From: Piromyces finnis finn
Lineage: Eukaryota > Fungi > Neocallimastigomycota
Direction: 5' to 3'
Assembly (NCBI GenBank): GCA_002104945.1
Contig: MCFH01000011.1
Coordinates: forward strand, 62,001 to 126,000
DNA: 64,000 nt
The position numbers were made by a program, and so were the translations under genes. Positions 12,513 to 26,313 of this stretch are shown in pieces. Below the pieces are notes generated by a model. It saw only the letters and a program-made list of their open reading frames with translations. It did not search any database and had not been told where the DNA came from. How positions within the stretch are numbered: position 1 is the stretch's first letter; the number at the start of each line of letters is the position of its first letter.

Positions 12513-15466
12513 ATGAATAAATCAGTATCAAAATCAAAAAAACCTCTTTTTGGTACCAGCATTCCTGGTACAAGTTCAATGGATTTTTTCGATTTCCAAA
12601 GAAGAAGATACTTTAAAGGTTATAATAAAAGCCAATTATTAATTATATTAAAAGAATTACTTCAAAAGAAAAAATTTGAATTAGCAACCCGAGTTGCGTT
12701 AATTATTTTTAAAGATTCAGATACTTCAATTGAAATGCTTTGGAAAATCGGAATGGAAATTTTAAGAAATAAAAAAAATAGTAATAGCTACTGTCAACGT
12801 TTTTTTAATCAATTACTTTCATTAAATTCTTCCCATGTATGTATTATATATCAGTAAATATAATAAGTAATATAATACAATACATTAATTATAATCTCTT
12901 ATTATAATTTGTATTGAAAATAGAACGAAGAAATTTTATTAGAATATATATTTTACTGCATAAAAACTGAACAGTATGAAGAAGGAATTAATAAGTTATC
13001 AGAGTAATTGATACAATAGATTTAATTACATTTAATTAATAATATTTATATATATAATTGATTTTATTTTAATTTTTTTTTTTTTTTTTTTTATAATTTT
13101 AAATTTAATAATATAGATTCATATTTTTATCACCATATAAAGAAAATTCTATACTAGTTGGATATACAGGAATTTTATATTTTATATTATGGGAAAAAAG
13201 TTTACCAGATAATTTAGTAAATAAATTTCAAATGTTTGATTCTAGTAATATGGATAATGATGATAAAGGTTATTATTCATTTATTTATTTATTTTTACTT
13301 TCTAAAATGGAGAAACAAAACATAATAAAATGACATTACTTTTTTTTTAAAAAAAAATAATAATAATAATTTATTTTAAAATTTAAATAGATGAATTTGT
13401 AAATCAGGAATATTATAAAACAAAAAATTTCAGAAAAAATGCAAAGAAAAATTTTGAGCAATCTCTCAAATTAAATCCATATAACGATTTTATTTTACAA
13501 TATTATATTAAAGTAAATTTATATAAAATAATATTTACAATAACTTATTTTAAAAAATAGAAAAACAAACTAAGAATAAATTTGTTTAAATAATAATGAA
13601 GATTTTAGTATTTGAAAAGAACTTTGAAGAAGCATATGTTAATTTAAAGAATTTTTGCGATATCAATCCAAATAATATAATTAGTCTAAGGTACGTAATT
13701 TATGTTATTTAAAATATATATATTTAAATAAGCTATTATGTATTAATACTATGATTATATAATTTATTATTTCTCAACATATAAAGATTGTTTTTAAAAT
13801 TCATCAAAGCATACTCTCCTGGTGATACAAAATGGATTGAAGTTACAGAAAATATAATAAAAATTGATAACTTTTGTGATAGAGAAACAATATTTCTTCC
13901 TTTAATAAACCATTATTTTAAATTATATTGTTAGTGTCCAACGATTGGAATATATATAAAAATTCTTCATATTTAACAATTAAAAATTATATATTATTTA
14001 TTAATAGTATTTTATCATTTTACCATATATAAAGATAAAGCTGCCCTTAAGGAAGGTTTAAAGTCTTATCCTTCCAAAACTTCATCTCTTCATTATATAA
14101 AATTAATAGAAAAGCTATTGGTAGAACGTTTAGATTTTGAAATAGGTAATACCCAACTATGGAAAAAACTTTCAAAAGCTCTCTATATAATAAAGTAAAA
14201 ATATAATAAATATATCTTTATTATTTATATAGTTATCAAAGAAATTTCTTTTAATAATTCTTTTTATCATTTTTATTAGTGAGAAATACTTGGATGTTGA
14301 TAACAATATATGGAAAAGTAGAAGAGATTGGTGGAAATCTTTTCATTTTGAAAATAAAGAGATAAAATTTGAATCAACTGAAGATTCAGGTAAATTATTA
14401 TGGAATAAATAATCTTTAAATTTCAAATATATAAAGTATAAAAGACTAATACGTAAAATTAAATATCTTTTATGTAGAATTTTTCGTATATAGAGCTATT
14501 TGTTCGGTTTATATTTACGGGAAAAATGTAGATTTAAAAAGCAATTATGTATACAATATATCTGAGAAATTAGAAACAATTATTAAAGACCATGGATTTA
14601 CAGAGAAAGAAATATACCCAGAATGCAGTAACAAGGAATTAAAACAATATAAAAATAGTTATAAAAATGAAATAATAAATGGAAATATTAAAGATAAATC
14701 CAATAAAGAAAACTATAATAATATCTTAGAAGTAAAAACCATTTTAGGAAGAAAAGTAGTACCATGCTTACGAAATTATATAATACGTAGAAAAACATCA
14801 ATGACCGAAATTGTAGATGAAAAAATTAAAGCTTATCTAGAAAGAATTTCATATGAAGTAGATTGTCTTAATAAAGTATATTCACCAAATCTCTTAAAAA
14901 ACCCAGAATATCAAAAAGATATTTATGAATTTAGAGATCTTGTATTATCAAGACTTCCTAAATTAAAATCATTTTATAAAAATTATCGTAATATAAACGT
15001 ATTCCAAATACTAATCAATTATGGAGTATCAATTTTCCATTTAGAATTTTTAGATTTCGAATATAAACATCCAGATGAAGCCAAATATTTTGAAATTTTG
15101 AAAGATAAACTATTAAAACTCGATGAAAACCAATTTAAAAAATTAAACCCAGCTGTTATTTTTGTGAAACAAAATAATAATTCTGGATTTATTACTGAAG
15201 ATCCATTAATTGAAAATAAAAATAAGAATCAAGAAAATAAGCTTTTCATAATTAACAAAATTAAAAGTAAAAACAAAAAGTTAAATTCTATCGATGAAGA
15301 AATTGTAGATAATTATATTGACTTAAATTCTAATCTTTCAAAAAATGACCAAGAAATAGATGATATTAATGATTTGATATCCCAATGTCATGATATATGT
15401 ATAAAGCATTCCATACCAAATTATATTATTAAATATATTTTCGGAATACAATATTTAACTTTTTAA
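12513..15466 (+). CDS. Rrn11/TAF1A-like RNA polymerase I core factor subunit (TPR-like, multi-exon)
   Basis: LLIILKELLQKKKFELATRVALIIF...LWKIGMEIL resembles the fungal Rrn11 motif (L..CLL..D..RA......W.IG.EIL). It is followed by SPYKENSILVGYTGILY and TPR-like FEQSLKLNP exons, with in-frame splicing to ORF 14801..15466. The family call is from memory of motifs and needs an HMM check. Confidence 0.55.
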
Positions 15467-15609
15467 ATTAAATTAAATACAATAGAATAAAAAACTATCT
15501 CTTTTTTTTTTTAGTAGTACTTAATTTCTAGTTTTTTTTTTAATTTTTTATATATAATAATAAAGTAATAAAGCATTTTAAATAAAGAAAGTGACAATTA
15601 ATTGAATAT

Positions 15610-15762
<153 letters not shown>

Positions 15763-15940
15763 TAAAAAAAGTTCTATTAGCAAAATTATTAGTTTTGATA
15801 TTAATTATTTATTTTATATTAAATTTTTATTAAGTAAAAGATAATTAAATTAAAATTTATTAATTAATTTTTCTCTTTCTTAACATTATAACTGTTGTAT
15901 TTCGATTTATTCTATTTGGATATTATTTTAAGGAATTTAA

Positions 15941-18900
15941 ATGACTACAAAGGAAGAAAATTTAAATTTAACAATTTCACCTTTAAAAAGGAAATTTGAT
16001 CTATATTGTTGTATTAATAATGACAATAATATAGATCAAAATCCTTTTAAACCAAAGGATGAAAAATTTATTGAAAGGTTGGAATCATTTAAATCTTATA
16101 CTTGGTATCTAAAACCAAAACAATTAAATTCTTTGGAATGCGCTCTTCATGGCTGGTGGAATATTTCAGAAAATAAATTAGAATGTCATGATTGTAAAGC
16201 TCGTTTAATAATAAATATCAACTTAAACGACAGAGACATTGGTAAATGTTTATTGCTATTTTATATAGCCATATTTTATAATTATTTATAATTATTTATA
16301 AAATAATTTATTTTAAATTAATTTTTAATATATAAAAGATTCTTCTTTCATAAAAAAATATCATGAACAATTAAAACTATCTCATGCAAAAAGCTGTAAA
16401 ATGCATTGGCAATCATGTAATGGTAAACTTGAAATTATTCATTCTTTTTTCTTTCTTTTTCTCTCTCTTTTCTTTTAATAATATAGTATTAACTGAATTT
16501 ATTTAAATATTATATATTATATATTAAAAAATGAAGAATCAATATATCGTTTTCCAATTCTCCCATCAATTCGTGCATTCAACTTTTTTAAAAATAGAAT
16601 AAATTCATTGCTCCAAATTGAAAAATATTTACCAAAAATTAAAAAACCAACAATTTCATTTGTAAGTACTTTAAAAAAAAAAAAAGTAAATAAAAAAAGA
16701 TTTGATATTAAAATAAAATATAAAAAATTAATTTAATATTTATTATTATTAAATAATTAAAGGATGAAGAAAAACTAGAAAAATTAATTTATATATTAGA
16801 TTTACCTAAAACTTATTCCAAAGATATAATTGAAACAGTTATATACTTATCTATGTATGGTTGGCAAGGTTATAAAATTAAAGGAAAGGGATACATTCAA
16901 TGTCTATTTTGTAGGAGATTAGTTCAACTTCAAAATTTCGTTTCTCATAATCTTTCACATAATACTAATAATAATAAAAGCATTACAGAACAACAAGGAA
17001 ATATATTTGATATAAATAAACCATGGCATAATATAAATTTAAAAAGATTAAACGAAATACTATCAAAGAGAAAAGCATCAGAAAATATAGAAAATAATAA
17101 TAAAAAATTAAAAACAAAAAATGATGAAAATCAGGATGATGAAAATAATGAGGAAGATACAGCTATAGCTTCTAATGAAACTTCTCAATCTAAAAATAAT
17201 GAATCTGATTCAGATATCAATAATAATAATGTTAATACTCAAATACAGGATGAATCTTTTTATAATAATGATGAAGCAGGAAATATAACAAAAATTGAAG
17301 AAACTATCAATACTCAAAGAAACGAAATAAATAAAATAATGAAAGAACATGATGTTGTATTGGATAGTTCATTTTCGAACCTTTCGGGAGATGTATCAAA
17401 AATAAATGATATCGAAACAGACATACTAAATGACCATGATGCAACTGATAATTCGAAATTAGACTCCATAGATAATAATAATGAAACAATGGCCATTGAT
17501 AATAATGAGAAAATTTTAGATACTAATAAAATAAATAACGAAATAAGTAGTCATTTAAATAACCTCAATGAGAAAAATGGTCTTGTTAAAGAAAGAGAAG
17601 TAAATGAAAAAATAAACAAATCTATTATTAATGGCAATATAAATAATCAAGAAAATGAAGATATTGATAATGAGAATGAAAACCTTCGAAAGCAAGATAA
17701 ACTAAATGAAATTAAGAAAAACTTTATAAATTCCAAAATGGTTTCTGAGTCTGATAAAACAGAATCAGTAAATAAAACACAAATAGAGATGGAAGAAAGT
17801 AATTCGGAAAATGGTATTTTAAAGGATTCTAACACAGAGGATGAAAAAGATATAAATGAAAATTCAAAACCAAAAGAATATAAATTAGAAAATGACAATA
17901 AAGAAATGGAAGAAGAAATTAAAAAGGATTCAACATCTACTGATTCAGCATCGGAAGAACAAAAGATGAAAACAACAGCAGAAAAAGAAAATAATAATAA
18001 CGATAAATTTGATATTAAAATGGAATTAAAGAATAAAGATGATAGAATAGAAAATATGGAAACTGAAGAAAATTTAAATAGTCAAATAATAAATGAAAAA
18101 AATGAAAATGAAAAGAGTCATGATAAAGAAAATATAATTATTACTAATTATTCTGTAAATAAAAAGTCACAAGATAGTTTTAAACTCAAAATAATTGATT
18201 CAAACGAAAACAAAAATGAATTTGAAAATTCAAATAATCATCAATGTAATAATGAAGAAGAAAAGGAGAGTACGATAAAGCAAAAGAATGAAGAAAATAA
18301 AAAAGATGATACTAAAAAAGACGAAAAGAATAATATAAGCTCTGGTAATATAAATGAAAATGAAAATGAAAAAAATAAATTATCAAATAAGGATGAAAGA
18401 GAAAAAAATGAAATTAAAGAAGCTAATATTACCCAAACTATTACATCACATATCAAGAGTAGTAATGTTGATAGTAATGATGCTAATTTAAATAAAAACG
18501 AAAGTAGCAATTTAGATGAAAGTAAAAATAAGAATGTTGAAAATAAGAACACTGACAATAACAAAGATAATTCAATTAAAAATGAAAGTGGAAGTATTGA
18601 TAGTAACAACGATGATAACTTTGATGAAAATAAAGATGAAAATATTGTTAATAACAATAATAATTCAGACCAACATAAAAATGAAACTATTGACAGTAAC
18701 AAAGATAATTTAGATAAAGATGAAAGTGAAAATGTTGATAGTAATAATGATGATTTAGATGAAAATGAAAGTGAAAATATTGATAGTGATGACAATAATT
18801 TAAATAAAAATGAAAGTGATGATAATGATAATGATAATTTAAGCGGAAGTGAAAATGACAATGAAAATGAAAATGATAATAATGATAATAATAATAATAA

Positions 18901-20776
18901 TAATTTAAGCGGAAGTGAAAATGACAATGAAAATGAAAGTGATGATAATGATAATAATAATTTAAGCGGAAGTGAAAATGACAATGAAAATGAAAGTGAT
19001 AATAATGATAATAATAATTTAAGCGGAAGTGAAGATGACAATGAAAATGAAATTGATTTTAAAAAACATAATAATATCAATATTAAAAAAGCAAGTGATG
19101 AAGAAAGTGAAAATGAAATTGAAAGTGATGAAGATGACCAAGAAAATATAATTGAAAATCATGAAGTTACTGTAATTGAAAATGATAATGAAGATACAAC
19201 TGAAGATCGCGAAGTAACTGAAACTGAAAGTAGTGAAGGTGATATGGAGATTGAAGATAGTGAAATTAAAAACAATAGCGAAAATGAAAGTGAAGCTGAA
19301 AGTAATATTGAAGGTGATATGGAAATTGAAGATAGTGAAATTAAAAGCAATAGTGAAAATGAGTGTGAAACTGAAAGTAATGGTGAATTTGATAGTGAAA
19401 GTGAAGATGAGAATATAGAAAAATCAAAAGAATATTCTTCAGAAGCTGAAAGTAAAGATGAATTTGAAAATTATCAAAATGATTTATACAATGGAAATCA
19501 TTCTGATAATGAAAGTGATAGCAAATTTTCTAATGAAGAAGATGAGATGGATCAAAAGAATTATAATATGTACCAACACAACAATTTATCTGATAGTGTT
19601 ATCTGCCTTGATACCGATGAAAATAGTCAAAATTCATCAGAAGAAGAAACAAACTCTAGTAGTGAAAGTGAATTAGAAAAAACAGAAGATGAACAAATAG
19701 ATATAGATACGGAAATGGTATACAATCATTCTGAAATGAATAATAACTCACACCCATCAGATAGTTTGAATGAAAATAAAAAAGCTATATATGGCAACTC
19801 CCATAATAAAGATATATCACAAGATTTTACTGATGAGACTGATGAAGAAGAAGGAGTAATTGATATGACTATTGAAACTCCTGGATTTTCAACAATTTCA
19901 AATAGCCTAAATAATGATGATAATAGTGATAGTAGCAATAATAGTAATACATCAATGAACATAGATTCAGATCTAAATAATAACTCACCAAAACATCAAA
20001 TTGTTAAAGAACATAAAATAGAAGATAGAAATAGTAAGGATGAAAATATCGTTGAAGATAGTGATGATGATGATAGTGATGAAGAAAAAGTTGATAGTTC
20101 TGATAACAATGATAAAAGTAATAGTGAGGAAGATGATGATGATGACGAAGTTGAAGAAGAAGAAGAAGAAAATGGTGTTACTAATGATGCTGAAAATAAA
20201 AAGGAAAAAATAGATAAAGTAGAGGAAGAAGAAAAGCATACTGATGATAAGGATAAAAGTAATGATGAAACAAATAAAGAAGTCAACAATAAGAATGATG
20301 GTGATAGTAGTATAAATACAACTACAGAATTAAATAGTAACAATGAAAATCATTTTGTTTCATTAATAGAGAATTCAGAATCAACATCAGATTCTAGTAG
20401 TTCAGATCATGATAATAAAGTACAAATATTGCCTGCACCAAAAGAAAAAATAAAGAATACAAATAATAAAAACGAAAAGTTAATTGATTCTACAAAATTA
20501 AATGAAATCAAAAAAGATATGGAAAATACATCATTATTATTAAATATCGAAAAAGAGCATAAATCATACTGTCCTTGGATTTGTAAGAACGATAATGAAT
20601 TATCTGGATGGCAAATGACAATGAACGTAATTATTGCACAATTAGAACCAAAACCAATTATTACAGATGAACAAAAAAGATTCTCGTTAAAGGATACCCA
20701 TAACTTATTAAAACATATAAAATCAACACTTTCATCATCGATTCATAAACCTCAAAATAAAAAACAAAAAATCTAA
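15941..20776 (+). CDS. NIPA/ZC3HC1/Rsm1/Pml39-like C3HC zinc-finger (BIR-like) protein
   Basis: FIERLESFKSYTWYLKPKQLNSLECALHGW...LECHDC...HAKSC is the zf-C3HC domain. The second module starts LSMYGW...IQCLFCRR and is completed by EHKSYCPWI near the C-terminus. Four exons. Confidence 0.85.
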
Positions 20777-21321
20777 AATAAATAAAAAAAAAAAAAAAAG
20801 TTTAGCTCAATAATATTTATAGAATCTAGATTAAATTTAATAATAAAAATAAAAAAATAAAAAATGCAATTATTTTTGTATTCTATAATTTTGTTTTATT
20901 CTTTTTTTTTATTTTATTTTTATTTATTATTTATTACTATTAATAAATAATATAAATGAAACTTAAATATAGAGAATTTCATAATATTTCTGAAACTATT
21001 TTTTTTTAACAATCGTGCATATAAAAACAAAAATTTTATCTTTTTAATATGAATATTATGTACAAAAAAAAAAATAATAATAATAATAATAATAATAAAT
21101 ATATATATAATTATAACTATATAATTATAATAATATAATTATAATAAATAACTTTTTTTTTATCATCTAATAAAACATAATTAAATTTAATAAAATTAAT
21201 GATTTCTTTTTATATATATATATATATATATAATATTGCTTCAATTATTTTATTCATAAGCAAGCAAATATAAATAGTACGTTAAATGAAAAAAATATTT
21301 AAAATTATATATAATAAAAAA

Positions 21322-21827
21322 AAAAAAAAAGCATTATAATAAAGTAAATGACTTAAATAATAATACATAGACTAATTTAATATCTACATTTTTACAAAAT
21401 AAATTTTAAAAAAAAATTAAAGAATTTAAAAAAGAATTTCGTCCAATAACTATTACTATAAGCAGAATTAGTCACTTACTCAAGCCAGCTATCTCAATCA
21501 CCGTATCAAGCGAGTGGTTTTCGCTGCTCTGTTACCAGCCTCACGCATTACCCACTTCGTTAATAACCTTGTCAAGGAACCTACATCCCTTAACCAATGT
21601 TAACTCAATACTTGAATAAGACCGACTCTCTACATAAGTAGATCCTAAATCAGAATCTCATAGCTCATATTGTTCTACATTCAGTTGCTCAGAAGTTTAG
21701 CTTACAGGTCAACACCACTCAACCCAACTGTTTTATTTATTCTTTTTCTTTTCCTTATAAACCACTTTTTTCTAATATTCTCAAATTTTGGTGAGTCTTT
21801 TAACTTTTACTATGATTGGTTTATATT
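21322..21827. repeat. Left arm of 506-bp inverted repeat (partner 25914..26419)
   Basis: Compared block by block: position x pairs with 47741-x, with one mismatch (21389) across the arm. Confidence 0.95.
21431..21729 (-). ncRNA. Signal recognition particle (SRP/7SL-like) RNA, copy 1
   Basis: Exact reverse complement of the + strand copy at 26012..26310; the T6 terminator reads as A6 at 21428-21433. Confidence 0.9.
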
Positions 21828-21953
21828 GTTATTAAATATTAATTATTACTACACTACATTAATGTATAAACCACACAAATGTATTATAGGATTATTGTAA
21901 TTAAATTTAATAAGTACAATAATTAATTAACTGTTTACTATTATAATATATTG

Positions 21954-21984
<31 letters not shown>

Positions 21985-22057
21985 TCATTATTTTTTTTTC
22001 AATATTGCAGTTATCATTATATAATTATATTTTCTTTTTTTAATAAATTATATAGAA

Positions 22058-23289
22058 ATGTCTGACGAATTTTATGTAAGATACTAGTAAGTTATCAATC
22101 TCATTAAAGACAGTATATAAACAATTGATGGAATTGTAAAATTTAATAAAATTTAAACAATCAAGATTTTAAAATTCAACCTGTATTCTATTAAATTACA
22201 ATTAAACAGTTATAAATAAAGGCGAAAAACATTTCAATTGAAAATTAATCAATTAATTATGAATAAATTTCACATTCGAACACAAATTAAATTTGCATAA
22301 TTTTATTAATAAAAACAATTGATTAAAATGAGCACTTTTTTAATGGGAAAAAAATAAAAATGATAAATAATATTAATGTATTAATAATATAAAGTCATTG
22401 AATTTTGATTGTTAAATAAAGCATTGCATATATAAATTATAATTTAAATATATATTATTAACCATACTATTTTATTTAATTTAATAATTAATTATAAGTG
22501 TTGGTCATATGGGAAGATTTGGCCATGAATTTTTAGAATTTGAATTCAGACCAGATGGTAAACTCAGATATGCTAATAATTCTAATTACAAAAATGATTC
22601 AATGATTAGAAAAGAAGGTTAGAATAAACAATATTATAGCTTTTATATCAAATTCTAAGTAAAGTTATTATTAATGCAATACTAAATTGTTCCCAATAAA
22701 ATATTATTATTAATTTATAGTTTATGTCTCAAAGACTGTAATGAATGAATTAAAAAGAATTGTAGAAGAAAGTGAAATTATGAAGTAATTATACAACAAT
22801 AACAACAATGATAATATTAATAAATAATAAACAATATATATTAAATATGTTTAATTCTTTTAATATATAAAATAGAGAAGATGATAAATTATGGCCATTA
22901 GCAGATAAAGTTGGTAGACAAGAATTAGAAATTGTATATGGTGATGAACATATTTCTTTTACTGTAAGTATTTTTTGTATTAATTATTATAAGTAATTAA
23001 TAGAATAGGAATGTTAATATATAATGTTACTATATTTAGACTTCAAAATTAGGTTCCTTAATTGATGTTCAAGAAAGTGAAGATCCAGAAGGAATGAGAG
23101 TTTTCTATTATTTAATTCAAGATTTAAAATGTTTTGTATTCTCTTTAATTTCTAGTCATTTCAAGGTACAAAAAACAATTAAATTATAATTTAATTATAA
23201 TTATATAGTAATAGTAATATGAAAGATTGAAAATAATGATTAATTTCTATTATATATACTATTTATATTTATAGATTAAGCCAATCTAA
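22058..23289 (+). CDS. MAGO: Mago nashi, exon junction complex core protein (6 exons)
   Basis: Exons 22058-22086, 22499-22617, 22721-22784, 22876-22963, 23040-23165 and 23275-23289 give [49 protein letters not shown]...[15 protein letters not shown]. Absent from the ORF track. Confidence 0.97.
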
Positions 23290-24149
23290 GAAAATTACTA
23301 TGTAAAACTGACAAATATAAGATTAATTAAATCATTATTAAACCAAAAATCCAAAAAAAAAAAAATATTAATAATAACCATTATAATTCATCATGTAATA
23401 ATAATTTAACACATTAATTATCATAAAGATATTTCGTTCAAATCAAACATTTAAATATTTAATCTATTAATTAAAAATATATAAAAAAAAACATATAATA
23501 TATATAATAAAATAACAGATAAAATATAAAAAAAAAAAATAAAATAACTGTGTACTAGTGTTTATAAATAATGACTGTTTATTGTTGTTGGTGGTGGTGG
23601 TGGTGTTAATATATCATTAATATTACTGATTAGTAATATTATTTATTAATATATTGATCAATGTTTAAAATAAGATTTTCAAAAACATGTAACATTAATC
23701 ATATTCAATGTTTAATTATTAAATTATTAAATGAATAAATGTTTACTTTGTTATTATTTTATCATGTATTGATAAAAACTAAATGATTATGGTCAATTGT
23801 TTTTAATAAACTAGTTAAGTATATACTTTTTTTATTTTTATTTTATATATATTTTTTAGTATTGATTGACATGAATTGTTATAATATAGTGTTAAACAAC
23901 AACAACAACAACAAATAAACGTATATTTATTATGAAATAATAAAAAAGGTATATGTATATTATAATAAAAGTATACTAATTAAATTGAATATTCGTTAAA
24001 ATCTAGGAGTGCTTTGTATAAGATTTTTATGTATTTAGTATTATTTTTAAAAAGACAAACTCTAACCATTATTAAATTACATGGATTAGGTTATTAATAT
24101 ATTATATTTTACATTATTGTAATTTGTACATAAAAAAATATTTTATTAA

Positions 24150-24196
<47 letters not shown>

Positions 24197-24361
24197 ATTT
24201 TATTTTAAATTTTTTATTATCAAAAATTTAAATAATATTAATTGTATAAATATCATTCGACAATAAAAAAGATTAATTTCATAGAGAATATTTAAGCAGA
24301 AAAAAAATTATTAATCCCATTTTTTTACTAAAATATTTTTACTATTAAATATTAAATCAAA

Positions 24362-24999
24362 ATGTCTGGAAACGGTAATTTTTATTATTTTTAATCTAAA
24401 ATTATTATTATTATTATTATATATGTAAAGTAGTAGAAAGAATAAAATGAAAATAAATTGATAATTGAAAAATTGTGATTTAATATTTTTAAAATTAAAG
24501 ATTATAAAATAAAACAAAAAATAATAAAAACAAAACATAGTAAAAATTAATATACTATTAATAAAATATAAATGCTAATTATTTATATATTATATATATT
24601 TAAATTTGTTAATGATGTTTATATAAAATATAGATAAATTCGATACTGCCGCTGTTGAAGTTAAACAACTTACTTACAGACCAAGCGATTCTGAACTTTT
24701 AGAATTATATGCTTACTACAAGCAAGGTACTGTTGGTGACAATGAAACCGAAAAGCCAGGAATTTTTGATCTTAAGGGTTCTGTAAGTAGATAAATAAAT
24801 TTTAAAATTAAAATAAATATGAACAATGGCAAAATTCATTAATTGTATTTATTTTTTTTATTAATGTATAAATAAATATATATATATTTTTTTAAAATAG
24901 GCTAAGTGGAAGTCCTGGAATAAACTTAAGGGTATGAGCAAGGAAGAAGCTCAAGCTAAGTACATTGAACTTGTTGAAACTTTAAAGGCTAGAAACTAA
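24362..24999 (+). CDS. ACB1: Acyl-CoA-binding protein (3 exons)
   Basis: Exons 24362-24374, 24634-24782 and 24901-24999 give MSGNDKFDTAAVEVKQL..RPSDSELLELYAYYKQGTVGD...KPGIFDLKGSAKWKSWNKLKGMSKEEAQAKYIELVETLKARN*. Confidence 0.95.
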
Positions 25000-25980
25000 G
25001 AACAAAAGAAATTTTTATAATTGTAAAATACTAATCAATTAAATTCAATTGTGAAAATATCAGCTTTTTAACTATACATAAATGATAAATTTCATTTATA
25101 TATTGTAAAATTAATTAAATCCATATAAATAGAAGCTATTTTTATAGAATAGTAAAATAGTAACAAAAAAAAAAAAAAAAAAGTAATAAAAAATAAACAA
25201 CAACAACAACAACAAAAATCAAATTAAAATTTTAATTTAATAATGTAATGAATGGTTTATTGTATATTAATGCTTCCTTTTCTTATTATGTAAAAGTTAA
25301 AAAAGAAAAAGTGTTATAAAGTTAAAGTTTTTTTTTTTTATTTTTTAATTTGAATTATATAATTTTTAAATCTTGAAGAAATAAATATAATATTAAGTAT
25401 ACTGTTATTAAATTTACCATTTTATCTATATTAGTATAATTATACTTTTTTTTTTTTTTAAAAGAAAAGAAAAAGTTTATTTATATTATGAAATATAAAT
25501 GAAAAAAGTATAAACAAACAAACAAAAAAAAAAAGATAAAATAAAGGAATATAATCAATGTATAGAGACATTATTTGATAGAATAATACTAGTATTTTTA
25601 ATAACAAAGGTTATATATGTATAAATTATCACATATATAGGTGAATTTGTATTCTTTTACTTTTCCTTTTTCTAAAATGCCATATATTTACAAAATTAGA
25701 TGATTAAATTTCTTTTATTATTATGACAAAAATTGGAGGTCACCTTCAGCTTATTTTATCTATATTTAATTAGGTTCGTTGGTTTATACTAAATCACCTT
25801 ATTAAACTAATTTTATTAATATAATTATTAATTAATAACAATTTTTTTATTGATAATATTTAGGTTCCACAAAATTATATTAATTAGATAAATAATTAAT
25901 AATTAATAATAGTAATATAAACCAATCATAGTAAAAGTTAAAAGACTCACCAAAATTTGAGAATATTAGAAAAAAGTGGT

Positions 25981-25988
25981 TTATAAGG
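25981..25988 (+). promoter_or_regulatory. TATA-like element ~31 nt upstream of the SRP RNA gene (Pol III)
   Basis: TTATAAGG at about -31 from the inferred 5' end, duplicated in both arms. Weak evidence in an AT-rich genome. Confidence 0.35.
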
Positions 25989-26011
25989 AAAAGAAAAAGA
26001 ATAAATAAAAC

Positions 26012-26310
26012 AGTTGGGTTGAGTGGTGTTGACCTGTAAGCTAAACTTCTGAGCAACTGAATGTAGAACAATATGAGCTATGAGATTCTGATTTAGGATC
26101 TACTTATGTAGAGAGTCGGTCTTATTCAAGTATTGAGTTAACATTGGTTAAGGGATGTAGGTTCCTTGACAAGGTTATTAACGAAGTGGGTAATGCGTGA
26201 GGCTGGTAACAGAGCAGCGAAAACCACTCGCTTGATACGGTGATTGAGATAGCTGGCTTGAGTAAGTGACTAATTCTGCTTATAGTAATAGTTATTGGAC
26301 GAAATTCTTT
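26012..26310 (+). ncRNA. Signal recognition particle (SRP/7SL-like) RNA, copy 2 (~299 nt)
   Basis: Helix 8 is GAGG-CTG-GTAA-CAG-AGCAG (26199-26217; SRP54-binding loop plus GNRA tetraloop). Helix 6 is GTTAAGGGA...TCCTTGAC with a GTAG (GNAR) loop. The Alu domain has a UGUNR motif (CCTGTAAG) and AGTTG/CAACT pairing. Long-range helix 5 pairs include CTATGAG/CTTATAG. It ends at a T6 Pol III terminator. Confidence 0.92.
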
Positions 26311-26313
26311 TTT
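26308..26313 (+). terminator. Pol III oligo-T terminator of the SRP RNA gene
   Basis: TTTTTT lies immediately after the 3' strand of helix 5, ~300 nt from the 5' end. Confidence 0.7.

Noticed and set aside
21670-21900. Twin ORFs 21670..21900 (+) and 25880..26071 (-) as duplicated proteins
   Set aside because: They are antisense readings of the SRP RNA 5' end and flank; they only report the inverted repeat.
22087-22498. snoRNA in the long first intron of Mago
   Set aside because: No convincing C/D or H/ACA boxes with terminal stems were seen.
26211-26229. AGAGCAGCGAAAACCAC resembling U3 snoRNA
   Set aside because: There is no box C'/C/D. The segment is explained by SRP helix 8 and the following junction.
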